The notes: generated by a model from the letters alone, not told the origin. A stretch of 64,000 nt of DNA from an uncultured Alphaproteobacteria bacterium (GCA_902567855.1 CACFOQ010000001.1:64308-128307); one strand, 5' to 3'; counted from the stretch's first letter, positions 50,613 through 60,757 are shown. A program made the numbers and translations.

Positions 50613-53045
50613 TTAAGCTCTAATTAAATCATTATTTGGATCATAAGGACTATCTTCAATCACTTTAACAGGATGTATTTTGCCTAAAATATCCATATTT
50701 AATTCTGTACCCACTTTAGCATATTTAGGTTCAACCATAGCAATTGCAAGGGATTTTTGCACTCTAAATCCATAGTTACCTCCTGTCGCACGTCCTACAA
50801 CCTTTTCATCTTTGTAAATTGGATTGTTCCCAAGTGCATCTGCGTCCTCTATATCCATCACTTCCAAAGTAACTAGTTTATTTTTAAAACCTTTTTGTTG
50901 CCATGCTACTAGTTCATCTCGACCTATAAAATTACCTTTATTAAGGTGAACAAATCTATCTAAACCCGATTCTAAGGGAGAATATTCTATCGACATCTCT
51001 GTTCCAACTAATTTATAGGTTTTCTCAATTCTTAAACTATCCATTGCTCTAATACCAAATGGTTTTAAACCAAATTCTTCTCCAGCTTTCATAAGCACAT
51101 CAAATATATGATTTTGGTATTCTATAGGATGATGAAGTTCCCAACCTAGCTCTCCAACAAAATTCATTCTCATTGCTATTGTTGGCGCTAGCCCAACTTC
51201 AATTTTTTTAGATGAAAGCCATGGAAAATTTGAGTTAGAAAAATCAGTTTTTGAAACTTTTTTCATTAAATCTCTAGCTTTAGGTCCCGCAACTACAAGC
51301 ACTCCAATACTGTTAGTTAAATTTTCAAAAGTAACAGATCTATCTTTTGGCATCCATTTCTTAATCCAATCATGATCTAATCTTTGAAACGCCCCTGCTG
51401 AAACAATGTAAAAAGAATCATTTTTTTCTTTAGCGATAGTATATTCAGATAATACCCCTCCTTTAGTATTTAAAGCATGACAAAGATTAACTCTTCCATT
51501 CTTTTGAGGAATTTTGTTTGCTACTAAATTATCTAAAAAACTCTCTGCTCCTGGTCCAGATATTCTGCACTTTGCAAAAGCAGACATATCTAACAATCCA
51601 ACATTTTTTTGTACATTTTTACATTCATTACCTACATGTTCAAACCATTTTGATCTTCTGAAAGACCAATCATCTTTTTGTTCAACACCTTTCGGGGCAA
51701 ACCAATTTGCTCTTTCCCAACCAAATTTCTGACCAAAAACAGCACCTAAATCTTTTAATCGATCGTAACAAGGGGGCTGCCTTAAAGGTCTTCCAGCTTC
51801 TCTTTCTTCATCTGGATAATGAATGATAAATACATTGCTATAAGCTTCTTCATTTTTTTCTATAAGATAAGATTTTGAAACATAATCCCCATATCTTCTT
51901 GGTTCAACACCAAGCATATCAACAGTTGGCTCACCATCTACTATCCATTCAGATAATTGCCAACCCGCTCCACCGGCAGCAGTAATTCCAAAACTATGAC
52001 CTTCGTTTATCCAAAAATTTTTTAATCCCCAAGCTGGCCCAACTATGGGATTGCCATCAGGAGTATAACAAATTGCTCCATTATATACTTTTTTAACACC
52101 TACTTCTCCAAAAGCAGGGACACGGTGAATTGCACCTTCTATATGAGGTGTAAGCCTCTCTAAATCTTCTTGAAACAATTCATATTCAGAATCTTTTGAA
52201 GGCCCATCTACATAGCAACATGGAGCGCCTTTCTCATATGGTCCAAGTATTAACCCTCCAGCTTCTTCTCTCATATACCACTGAGTATCACTATCTCTTA
52301 GCACGCCCATTTCAGGCTTACCTTCTTTTTTTCTTTTTACAATTTCTGGATGAGGCTCAGTAACTATATACTGATGCTCTACAGGAATTACTGGGATATC
52401 TAAACCAACCATAGCTCCAGTTTGTCTTGCAAAATTTCCAGTACAAGAAACTATATGTTCACACTCAATTGCACCTTTGTCAGTCTCTACAACCCAACCA
52501 TTTGATGATTGTTTAATTCCAATAACACTAGTATTTCTATAAATCTCAGCTCCTCTATTTCTGGCGCCTGTGGCAAGAGCTTGAGTTAGATCAGCTGGCT
52601 GAATATAACCATCTTCAGGATGCTGAATAGCTCCAATTAATCCGTCAGTATTACATAATGGCCAAATTTCTTTTACTTGTTCAGGTGAAAGAAACTTCAC
52701 TTCAACACCAATAGTTTGTGCCACACCTGCATACTGATGGTATTCGTCCATTCTGTCTTTATTGCTTGCTAACCTAATATTAGATACAACACTAAAACCA
52801 ACATTTTGTCCTGTCTCTTCTTCTAAAGTTTTATAAAAATTGACTGCATATTTATGCAACTGACCTACAGAATAGCTCATATTAAATAAAGGAAGTAATC
52901 CTGCTGCATGCCATGTTGATCCAGATGTTAATTCTTTTCTTTCAACAAGGACAACATCAGACCATCCTTTTTTAGCCAGATGGTAAAGAGTGCTAACTCC
53001 TACAACCCCACCTCCAATAACTACAACTTTAGTTTTACTTTTCAT
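50613..53045 (-). CDS. Dimethylglycine/sarcosine dehydrogenase-type FAD oxidoreductase with C-terminal GcvT (folate-binding) domain
   Basis: 810 aa. DAO-type N-terminus '[22 protein letters not shown]' and the aminomethyltransferase-like C-terminal half ('[15 protein letters not shown]'). The substrate (DMG versus sarcosine) cannot be decided from sequence by eye. Confidence 0.85.
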   Translation of the reverse strand: MKSKTKVVVIGGGVVGVSTLYHLAKKGWSDVVLVERKELTSGSTWHAAGLLPLFNMSYSVGQLHKYAVNFYKTLEEETGQNVGFSVVSNIRLASNKDRMDEYHQYAGVAQTIGVEVKFLSPEQVKEIWPLCNTDGLIGAIQHPEDGYIQPADLTQALATGARNRGAEIYRNTSVIGIKQSSNGWVVETDKGAIECEHIVSCTGNFARQTGAMVGLDIPVIPVEHQYIVTEPHPEIVKRKKEGKPEMGVLRDSDTQWYMREEAGGLILGPYEKGAPCCYVDGPSKDSEYELFQEDLERLTPHIEGAIHRVPAFGEVGVKKVYNGAICYTPDGNPIVGPAWGLKNFWINEGHSFGITAAGGAGWQLSEWIVDGEPTVDMLGVEPRRYGDYVSKSYLIEKNEEAYSNVFIIHYPDEEREAGRPLRQPPCYDRLKDLGAVFGQKFGWERANWFAPKGVEQKDDWSFRRSKWFEHVGNECKNVQKNVGLLDMSAFAKCRISGPGAESFLDNLVANKIPQKNGRVNLCHALNTKGGVLSEYTIAKEKNDSFYIVSAGAFQRLDHDWIKKWMPKDRSVTFENLTNSIGVLVVAGPKARDLMKKVSKTDFSNSNFPWLSSKKIEVGLAPTIAMRMNFVGELGWELHHPIEYQNHIFDVLMKAGEEFGLKPFGIRAMDSLRIEKTYKLVGTEMSIEYSPLESGLDRFVHLNKGNFIGRDELVAWQQKGFKNKLVTLEVMDIEDADALGNNPIYKDEKVVGRATGGNYGFRVQKSLAIAMVEPKYAKVGTELNMDILGKIHPVKVIEDSPYDPNNDLIRA

Positions 53046-53101
53046 AATTGATAAAAAAAATTCTGTACTTCTCTAATCACATTAACTAATGTGGGTCAAT
53101 C

Positions 53102-53725
53102 ATGAGATTGTCACTTAGGGTATTTTTTATAGTATTCTTTTTTTCTGTAATATCGGTTGCCAGCAAAGCTGAGATTACCCTCAAAGATCTAATTTTTGAT
53201 GATAGCAAGCCTTATCACATAAAGATATTAGAAACACTTCCAAAGAATGCTATTATTCAAGTGGGACCAGATAATGCCAAACATACTGTTATAGAGTTTT
53301 TTGATTACTTTTGCGGATACTGTAAAAAAATTCATCCTGAATTGATTAACTTAGCTAATTCTAGAGATGATGTTAGAGTAGTTTTTTTACAGCATCCTAT
53401 TCTCAATGAAAGTTCTAATGTAATTGCCAGATTTGCTATTGCAGCAAATATGCAAGGAAAAGGTATTGAATTTCATAATGAAATTTTTTCAATAGAAGGT
53501 TCAATCACTCAGGAAAAATTAAAAGAAGCAGTTATTAAATCTGGTGTAAACCAGATAAAATTTCAAATAGACTTAGAAAAAGATGAGGTTGATAAATTGA
53601 TTGCCCTATCTTCTTTTATAGCTGGAGGATCAGGAGCAAGAGGAACGCCTTCTATGTTTGTAAATGAATTTTTTTATCCTGGATATCTATCAAAGGATAG
53701 AATTGAAGGTCTTTTAAATCAATAA
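53102..53725 (+). CDS. DsbA-family thiol:disulfide oxidoreductase
   Basis: 207 aa with a signal peptide and the thioredoxin-fold CxxC in 'FFDYFCGYCKK'. Confidence 0.7.
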   Translation: MRLSLRVFFIVFFFSVISVASKAEITLKDLIFDDSKPYHIKILETLPKNAIIQVGPDNAKHTVIEFFDYFCGYCKKIHPELINLANSRDDVRVVFLQHPILNESSNVIARFAIAANMQGKGIEFHNEIFSIEGSITQEKLKEAVIKSGVNQIKFQIDLEKDEVDKLIALSSFIAGGSGARGTPSMFVNEFFYPGYLSKDRIEGLLNQ

Positions 53726-53749
53726 GCCCCTAATAAAATTATTAGGAGC
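53726..53749. terminator. Putative bidirectional terminator hairpin between convergent genes
   Basis: GCCCCTAATAA / TTATTAGGAGC inverted repeat with one mismatch, read directly. Lies in the 47-nt spacer between the convergent dsbA-like and GcvT-like genes. The minus-strand version is followed by TTATTGATTT. Confidence 0.4.
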
Positions 53750-53772
53750 TTAAAAAAATTAAATTTTAAATC

Positions 53773-55128
53773 TTAAGCTTTTGAAACTTCTCTGGTGTTA
53801 GCATTGTAAGACTCAGTAAATGGTATAGAAACAACTTCAGCATCTACTGGTACACCTGGTGAGTCAGCATATTCATCTGGAAGATGAACTTTAAATTTTT
53901 GCCCAACTTTACCAATTGGAAAACCATTATTACTAAGAGTTCCATCAAAAGGAACATAGCCCATAGCAATATTTCTTTTTTGTTCTGGATGGTACCACGG
54001 TGAAGTAACATAACCACAAGGATCTCCTCCTTCAGCAGGAGAAATTAACCAAAAATCAGGAGCATATTCCTCTATTGGCTTTCCTCCTAATACCATTCCT
54101 ACTAATTGCAATTTGTAAGGTTTGTTTCCTGCAGTAATTTCCTTTTTCATTTTTTCTAAAGCTTCTTTACCAATGTAATCACTAGATTTATTCCATTCTC
54201 CTACACCAGACAAAGATACTTGATATCCTAAGTTGCACTGAAAAGGATTATGTTGGTTATCCATATCCTGGCCCCAAGATAAAATTCCAGCTTGAATTCT
54301 TCTATGATGAGCAGGAGCAATTACCATTAAATTATGTTTTTTACCTGCTTCCAAAACAGCATTCCACATATCATCTGCATATTGAGTTGCATCATAAAGA
54401 TATATTTCAAAACCTGCTGCTCCAGAGAAACCTGTTTGAGAAATTACACATTTTCTTCCTCCCACATTTGCTTCAGCTAAACCATAAAAAGGCATACCAT
54501 CTATGTCTACTTGATCACCAATTAAGTCTTTCATTAATGCATGAGCTTTAGGACCTTGAATTTGAACTGGACAAACATCAATTTCATCAATTTCAACATC
54601 AAATTTTTTGTCGTGATTAACTCCTTGTAAGTATAATCCAATATCAGAGTCAGATAATGAAAACCAAAATTCGTCTTTTGCTACTCTTAAAAGAATAGGA
54701 TCATTTAAAACACCACCCATATGATTACAAAGAATAACGTATCTAGCTGCCCTAACAGATCCATCAGCTTTCATAACTGGTATTCTTGTTGCATCACGAG
54801 TAATAACGTAATCCGTAAATGCTTCAGCATCAGGGCCCTTAACCTGAATTTGTCTTTCAACAGCTACATTCCACATAGTAACGTGATTTTTTATAGCTTC
54901 ATATTCAACCATCGCACCACCATCTTCAGGCTTAACATACCCTCTAGGATGATAGACGCGATTATAAACAGTTGCTCTCCAGCAACCTGCTTCCATAGAT
55001 AAGTGCCAATATGGAGATTTTCTTACTCTTGTAGAAATCAACATTTGCACAGGAGTTGGTCCACTTTGACGAAGATTATACGGAACTTTTCTGTCAGACT
55101 GGTCAACTGTTGTAACATGCTTAGTCAT
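53773..55128 (-). CDS. GcvT/DmdA-family tetrahydrofolate-dependent aminomethyltransferase/demethylase, substrate unknown
   Basis: 451 aa. 'MWNVAVERQIQVKGPDA', 'GGVLNDPILLRVAKDEFWFSLSDSD', 'VQIQGPKA', 'GFSGAAGFEIY', 'RRIQAGILSWGQDM' follow the GcvT/DmdA motif order. Strong SD (AAGGAG) 6 nt upstream of the ATG. Confidence 0.75.
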   Translation of the reverse strand: MTKHVTTVDQSDRKVPYNLRQSGPTPVQMLISTRVRKSPYWHLSMEAGCWRATVYNRVYHPRGYVKPEDGGAMVEYEAIKNHVTMWNVAVERQIQVKGPDAEAFTDYVITRDATRIPVMKADGSVRAARYVILCNHMGGVLNDPILLRVAKDEFWFSLSDSDIGLYLQGVNHDKKFDVEIDEIDVCPVQIQGPKAHALMKDLIGDQVDIDGMPFYGLAEANVGGRKCVISQTGFSGAAGFEIYLYDATQYADDMWNAVLEAGKKHNLMVIAPAHHRRIQAGILSWGQDMDNQHNPFQCNLGYQVSLSGVGEWNKSSDYIGKEALEKMKKEITAGNKPYKLQLVGMVLGGKPIEEYAPDFWLISPAEGGDPCGYVTSPWYHPEQKRNIAMGYVPFDGTLSNNGFPIGKVGQKFKVHLPDEYADSPGVPVDAEVVSIPFTESYNANTREVSKA

Positions 55129-55291
55129 GCTTAACTCCTTATAAATAATTATATCTGTGTGCGGTATCTAAACTTCTTTTTGAACGCAATGATAAATTTG
55201 ATTTTTGTGAAATAATTTGGGGACTTAAAAATCTTTATTTGGTCTTTCTTAAGCCTTTATTTTGACATCAAAAACTTGGATAGGTAAATTT

Positions 55292-56203
55292 ATGGCAATT
55301 TACAATAAACTTTTATTAATTTTTACATTTTTTTTTCTATATTCTTGCTCATCTAGCTATGAAAAACTCAATAATGCAAACTTTTCTCCACCTGATAGTT
55401 TTTCTAAACACCTTTTTGATATGTATAAGGAAAAAGCTAATTTTGAAGCTGAAAAAATGCATGATTGGAACTCTGCGAAACTTTATTCAGAGAAAGCTCT
55501 TCAAGCAGCAAAAGGTGGAAAAATAGAACCTGAAAATATCAATTACTGGAAAATACCAAAGGAACATAAAAATCAAATAAAATTAGCTTACGATAATTTG
55601 ATGTTAATTTATGAATCAGCTTTAATCCATGATCCTTATAATCTTGCAAATGCGATTAGTTCTCTTGATTGCTGGTCTGAACAACAAGAAGAAAATTGGC
55701 AAACATGGGATATCAATAATTGTAAAGATAGTTTTTTGGAGTCAATGCATAAAATATATAAAAATTTAGCAAAAAATGAAAAAGAGGAGAGAGAGAATTC
55801 TAAAGAAAAAAGTTATGAAAATGATAATGAGATTGAATCAAATGCAACTTTAGTCACAGAAGATATCAATAGTAATATTTTACAAATAATCTATTTTGAT
55901 TTTGATAAATCAGAATTATCTTCAATTAGTAAAACAGAAATTAAAAAATTTTTAGAAAAATATGAAAATGTTATTAGTAAATTTCTAATTGTTGGTCATA
56001 CTGATACTAAAGGAACAAAAGAGTATAATTACAAGCTTTCAATAGAAAGGGCTAATGTAGTTAAAAATTTGTTAATAGATTTAGGAATAAAAAAAGAAAA
56101 TATTAAAATTTTGGGTAAGGGTGAAATTGATTTAAATATCAAAACTAATGATGAAATTCCTCATCCAGCAAATAGAAGGGCTGAAATCAGCCCTATAAAT
56201 TAG
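55292..56203 (+). CDS. OmpA-family lipoprotein
   Basis: C-terminal OmpA domain 'VGHTDTKGTKEYNYKLSIERA ... NRRAEI'. I prefer the ATG at 55292, which gives the lipoprotein signal 'MAIYNKLLLIFTFFFLYSC', to the ORF-track TTG at 55262. Confidence 0.75.
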   Translation: MAIYNKLLLIFTFFFLYSCSSSYEKLNNANFSPPDSFSKHLFDMYKEKANFEAEKMHDWNSAKLYSEKALQAAKGGKIEPENINYWKIPKEHKNQIKLAYDNLMLIYESALIHDPYNLANAISSLDCWSEQQEENWQTWDINNCKDSFLESMHKIYKNLAKNEKEERENSKEKSYENDNEIESNATLVTEDINSNILQIIYFDFDKSELSSISKTEIKKFLEKYENVISKFLIVGHTDTKGTKEYNYKLSIERANVVKNLLIDLGIKKENIKILGKGEIDLNIKTNDEIPHPANRRAEISPIN

Positions 56204-56248
56204 CTTCTATAAGACTTTAACTTGGTGTAATAGGAAGCTGAATTTTCA

Positions 56249-56641
56249 ATGTATACTAAAACAACAAAAAAAATTTCTATCACGGTTAATCCATATTATT
56301 TAGAAGATCAATCAGAACCAGATGACCAACATTATGTATGGGCTTATCAAGTAACTATAAATAATCAAGGAGAAGAGCGTGTACAATTAAAAAATCGATA
56401 TTGGAAAATTATTGATAGTAATGGAGAAAAACAAGAGGTTAGAGGTGAAGGAGTGGTTGGGGAACAACCTATTCTTAATCCAGGTGAAAAATATGAATAT
56501 ACAAGTGGAACTCCTTTAGCTACTCCCTCAGGTTTTATGGAGGGTCACTATGAAATGGAAACAAAAAATGGTTTTATATTTGAAGCTTCAATACCTTTAT
56601 TTTCTCTAGATAGTCCTTTTACTTCTTCAAAATTAAATTAA
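56249..56641 (+). CDS. apaG: ApaG (DUF525) protein
   Basis: 130 aa with 'YVWAYQVTINNQGEE' and 'GEGVVGEQPILNPGEKYEYTSG'. Confidence 0.85.
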   Translation: MYTKTTKKISITVNPYYLEDQSEPDDQHYVWAYQVTINNQGEERVQLKNRYWKIIDSNGEKQEVRGEGVVGEQPILNPGEKYEYTSGTPLATPSGFMEGHYEMETKNGFIFEASIPLFSLDSPFTSSKLN

Positions 56642-56649
56642 AAATTTAA

Positions 56650-58098
56650 ATGAGAGATTTTCGCTCAGTAATTCATATCATAGGCTTGTTACTTTGCATA
56701 GAAGCAATAGCAATGACAATACCGATGATAACAGACTTGATTTATAAAAATGAAGATTGGGATGAGTTTTTATTATCTTCATTAATTACTTTTTTTATTG
56801 GTTTAGTACTATATTTCTCATTTAGAAAAGAAAAAATAGTTATCAAGGTAAGGCAAGCTTTTGTTCTAACTTTTTTATCATGGATAGTTATAGCGATATT
56901 TGCTTCAATACCTTTTGTTTTTACCTCAGCTAATCTAAATTATTCAGATTCTTTTTTTGAATCAATAAGTGGAATAACAACAACTGGAGCAACAGTTATA
57001 AGCAATTTAGATGATCTTCACCATGGAATTTTAATATGGAGAGCTTTATTACAATGGTTTGGTGGCATTGGAATAATTGTTTTAGCAATGGCAATTTTAC
57101 CAACACTTCAAATTGGTGGTATGCAGTTACTTCACATGGAACATGATGATCCATATGAGAAGACTCTACCTAAAATAAATCAGTTTGTAATAGAGATTTT
57201 TTTACTTTATTCTTTTTTAACTCTACTTTGTGCAATCTTATATTATTTATTAGGAATGAGTGGTTTTGATGCAATTACTCATTCTATGACCACAATTTCT
57301 ACTGGAGGTTTCTCCAATCACAATTCTTCTTTTAGTTTTTTTAACTCCCAGAATATTGAAATTATAAGTATAGTTTTCATGATTATTGGAAGTTTGCCTT
57401 TTGTAGTTTTCTTAAAATTTATTCACGGAGACAAAAAATCTATATTTAATGATGATCAAATTAAATTATTTTTTTCTATATTATTTGTTTTAGTAATCAT
57501 AACTGGATTTTGGTTATATTATAATTACTATTCTAATTATACCCGTTCATTTAGGCTGGCTATATTTAACATTACTTCAATATTAACTGGAACTGGTTAT
57601 GTAACTACAAATTATAATCTATGGGGAGGTTTTGGTTTTGTAATAATGATAATAATAATGTTTATTGGCGGATGTGCTGGCTCTACTACTGGGGGTATTA
57701 AAATTTTTCGTCTTCTACTTTTGTTCAGAGGAGCAAAGATTCAAATTAAAAAATTAACTCAACCTCATGGAGTATTTATTACATCTTTTAATGGACGGTC
57801 AGTAAATGATGACACTTATAATTCTATTATGGGATTCTTTTTTATTTATATATTAATTTTTATATTGGCATCCATATCTCTAAGTTTTTTTAATTTAGAC
57901 TTTTTAACTGCATTTTCTGCATCAGCTTCAGCTATTTCTAATGTTGGACCTGGCCTTGGAGATATTATTGGCCCTCAAGGAAATTATAGCTCCTTACCAA
58001 TAGGCGCAAAATGGATTTTATCTTTTACAATGCTTATTGGTAGATTAGAATTATTTACTTTTTTAGTAATATTATCTGTCACTTTTTGGAAAAAATAA
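56650..58098 (+). CDS. trkH: Trk-type potassium uptake protein TrkH
   Basis: 482 aa polytopic protein with selectivity-filter-like repeats 'ITTTGATV', 'ISTGGFS', 'TGTGYV'. Confidence 0.88.
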   Translation: MRDFRSVIHIIGLLLCIEAIAMTIPMITDLIYKNEDWDEFLLSSLITFFIGLVLYFSFRKEKIVIKVRQAFVLTFLSWIVIAIFASIPFVFTSANLNYSDSFFESISGITTTGATVISNLDDLHHGILIWRALLQWFGGIGIIVLAMAILPTLQIGGMQLLHMEHDDPYEKTLPKINQFVIEIFLLYSFLTLLCAILYYLLGMSGFDAITHSMTTISTGGFSNHNSSFSFFNSQNIEIISIVFMIIGSLPFVVFLKFIHGDKKSIFNDDQIKLFFSILFVLVIITGFWLYYNYYSNYTRSFRLAIFNITSILTGTGYVTTNYNLWGGFGFVIMIIIMFIGGCAGSTTGGIKIFRLLLLFRGAKIQIKKLTQPHGVFITSFNGRSVNDDTYNSIMGFFFIYILIFILASISLSFFNLDFLTAFSASASAISNVGPGLGDIIGPQGNYSSLPIGAKWILSFTMLIGRLELFTFLVILSVTFWKK

Positions 58099-58101
58099 AT
58101 A

Positions 58102-58680
58102 CTATAAAATATATTGATTCATATGATCTTTAATAAGATCTTTTGATTTATTTGAGAAATCTTTTAAGCACTTATAAATCATATCATCAATTATTCTTTC
58201 TACTTCTATTAAAGAAATATATTTCCCTGAAGTTGTGGTTCGATTTGCCTCAACAATAGCACTTGCTAACTTAAAATTAGAATCATCATAAATTACAAAC
58301 TCCACTAAATAATTTACTTCATATAAAAAAATTGTTTTTTCTTCATATTTTTTTGAATCTATATTTGGTATTTCAGTTTTCTTTACTGAAGCATCTATAA
58401 CATTAATTTCAAAATAATTTTTCGTACCAAAAGTTTGTATATTATTTTTAGTCCAGTTGTTAAAATATAATATTGGTGAGTTTTCTAATGAATGATCTAT
58501 AAACGGTTCTACAAATTTAGGTTCATATAAAATTATAGTATTCTTTTTTTCTGCATTAATAGATACCTTAGTAAACTGATTATAATCAAAAACTATAGGA
58601 TCCAAAATCTCTACTTTTTGACATGATGAAATAAATACTAAAATTATAAATATAAATATTTTATTTCTATTTTTTAACAT
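58102..58680 (-). CDS. Hypothetical lipoprotein
   Basis: 192 aa with the lipobox 'FISSC'. Overlaps the argF 3' end by 14 nt, so it is probably co-transcribed with argD-argF. Confidence 0.4.
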   Translation of the reverse strand: MLKNRNKIFIFIILVFISSCQKVEILDPIVFDYNQFTKVSINAEKKNTIILYEPKFVEPFIDHSLENSPILYFNNWTKNNIQTFGTKNYFEINVIDASVKKTEIPNIDSKKYEEKTIFLYEVNYLVEFVIYDDSNFKLASAIVEANRTTTSGKYISLIEVERIIDDMIYKCLKDFSNKSKDLIKDHMNQYIL

Positions 58681-59575
58681 TTTTTAATAAATAATATAAA
58701 ATACTTTGCTGAACATACATTCTATTTTTGGCCTGCTCCCATACTAAAGATTTATTACTATCTATAACAGAATCAGTAACTTCTTCATTTCTATGAGCAG
58801 GTAAACAATGCATAAATATAGCTTGTTTTTTTGCTTTTTTCATAATTATATCGTTAACTTGAAATTTTTTTAGTAACTTTAATTTACTTTGAGATTTTTT
58901 TTCACCCATAGAAATCCATGTATCAGTCATAACACAATCAGAATTTTTTAAAGCTCTATCAAAATTATAGTAAAAATTAGAATATACTAATTTTTTATTG
59001 TCTAATTTTTTTTTAGCCATATTCATAATTTTTGTAGGCATCAAAATATTTAATTTAAAATTAAATATTTCTGCAGCCTGTATTAACGAAGTTAGAACAT
59101 TGTTAAAATCACCCAACCAAGTGATTTGCTTATTTTCAATCTTTCCTAATTTTTCACTAATTGTAAAAATATCTGACAAAACTTGACATGGATGACTGTA
59201 ATTAGACAATCCATTTATAATACTAATTTTATTATAAGAAGCACATTTGGCTAATTCTGCATGAGAGTTATTTCTTATCATTAATACATCTATATATTGA
59301 GAAAGAGTCTGCAATACATCTGAAATTGACTCTCGTTTACCAAATCCGATTTTTTTATTATCTAATTCTATAACATTTCCACCAAGTTTCTTCATACCTA
59401 TATTAAATGAAACCCTCGTTCTTGTAGATTCTTTTTCAAATAATAAACCCAAAGATTTAGTATTTAGAATATTTGAATATTTTTTTTGATTTTTTTTAAT
59501 TTTAGTAGCAAAACTTAAAATATTTCTTAATTCAGTTTTGGTGAAATTATCTAGATCTATAAAATGTTTAATCAT
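58667..59575 (-). CDS. argF: Ornithine carbamoyltransferase
   Basis: 302 aa with the carbamoyl-phosphate motif 'FEKESTRTRVSF', 'SHPCQ', and the ornithine motif 'FMHCLP'. Confidence 0.9.
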   Translation of the reverse strand: MIKHFIDLDNFTKTELRNILSFATKIKKNQKKYSNILNTKSLGLLFEKESTRTRVSFNIGMKKLGGNVIELDNKKIGFGKRESISDVLQTLSQYIDVLMIRNNSHAELAKCASYNKISIINGLSNYSHPCQVLSDIFTISEKLGKIENKQITWLGDFNNVLTSLIQAAEIFNFKLNILMPTKIMNMAKKKLDNKKLVYSNFYYNFDRALKNSDCVMTDTWISMGEKKSQSKLKLLKKFQVNDIIMKKAKKQAIFMHCLPAHRNEEVTDSVIDSNKSLVWEQAKNRMYVQQSILYYLLKNVKK

Positions 59576-60747
59576 AAATTCTCTTTAAAGGTTAAATCTA
59601 TAATTTGTAATGCTTTATCTATTTCTTTTTTAGTAACAATTAGTGGTGGTGCAAATCTAATAATATTATCTGCTGCAGGCACACATAATAATCTATTTTT
59701 AATAAGTTTATTACTCATTTGTGCATTATTCATTTTTGTTTGTATTCCTAATAATAAACCAGCACCTCTAATTTCAGTTACCCCTTCATACTTAGCTTCA
59801 ATATTTTTTAAGCCATTCCATAAATAATTAGATTGTTTAATTACATTCTCTAAAAAATTTTGTTCAAGAATAAGCTTAATAACTTCAATACCCACTGACA
59901 TAGCTAAAGGATTTCCTGCAAAAGTAGAGCCATGAACACCTTTGGTCATGCCTATAGATGCTTTATTTGTGGCTAAACAAGCGCCCATAGGAAATCCTGA
60001 ACCAATCCCTTTAGCAGTAGCTACTATATCAGGCTCAATATTTGCCCACTCATGAGAAAATAATTTTCCTGATCTTCCAAAACCACTTTGAACCTCATCC
60101 AAAAATAATAATAAATTATTTTTTTCACAGATTTTTTTTATATCTTGTAAGAATTTTAAATTAGCAGGTCTAATGCCTCCTTCACCTTGGATAGGTTCTA
60201 TCATTATAGCAGCTGTATTTTTGTTTACATTTTTTTTAACAGCATCAATATCATTGAAGGGGATTTTAATAAATCCACTTAATAAAGGCTCAAATCCTTT
60301 TGAATACTTTTCATTTTGTTGAGCTGATAAAGCAGCAAATGTTCTGCCGTGAAATGCTCCCTCAAAAGTAATTATATTCTTTTGATCTGTATTGTTATGA
60401 TAATGATGATAACTTTTTATAACTTTTATTCCTGCTTCAATTGACTCAACTCCAGAATTAGTGAAAAAAACTTTTTCTGCAAAACTATTTAAACATAAAA
60501 GTTTTGCATATTCCTCTTGCAAGGAATTATGATAAAGATTGGATATATGCCATAACTTAGAAGCTTGATGTTGCAAAGCCTTTACTAATCTAGGATGGCA
60601 ATGACCTAAAGAATTAACAGCGATACCGCTACCAAAATCTAAGTATTTATTATTATCTACAGCAGTCAAGTAACATCCCTTACCTTCTTTAAATTCTAGA
60701 TTTCTATCGCCATATGTTGGCATGATATATGTTGAATTTTTAGACAT
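59572..60747 (-). CDS. argD: Acetylornithine aminotransferase (class III PLP aminotransferase)
   Basis: 391 aa with 'LLFLDEVQSGFGRSGK' and the PLP-lysine region 'DIVATAKGIGSGFP'. 4-nt overlap with argF. Confidence 0.88.
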   Translation of the reverse strand: MSKNSTYIMPTYGDRNLEFKEGKGCYLTAVDNNKYLDFGSGIAVNSLGHCHPRLVKALQHQASKLWHISNLYHNSLQEEYAKLLCLNSFAEKVFFTNSGVESIEAGIKVIKSYHHYHNNTDQKNIITFEGAFHGRTFAALSAQQNEKYSKGFEPLLSGFIKIPFNDIDAVKKNVNKNTAAIMIEPIQGEGGIRPANLKFLQDIKKICEKNNLLLFLDEVQSGFGRSGKLFSHEWANIEPDIVATAKGIGSGFPMGACLATNKASIGMTKGVHGSTFAGNPLAMSVGIEVIKLILEQNFLENVIKQSNYLWNGLKNIEAKYEGVTEIRGAGLLLGIQTKMNNAQMSNKLIKNRLLCVPAADNIIRFAPPLIVTKKEIDKALQIIDLTFKENL

Positions 60748-60757
60748 ATTTTTACTT

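Noticed and set aside
55262-55291. TTG start for the OmpA-family gene.
   Set aside because: The ATG at 55292 yields a canonical lipoprotein signal peptide ending in the lipobox LYSC. The upstream 10 codons add a non-signal-like extension.
55129-55291. Possible riboswitch (glycine or THF type) in the long leader of the GcvT/DmdA-like gene.
   Set aside because: Reading the minus-strand leader, I could not find the conserved cores I know for glycine riboswitches (GGAGAG ... ACCGAAGGGGCAA-like) or any GC-supported multi-stem structure. The region is almost pure A/T. It is left only as 'check by covariance model' under the finding for this gene.
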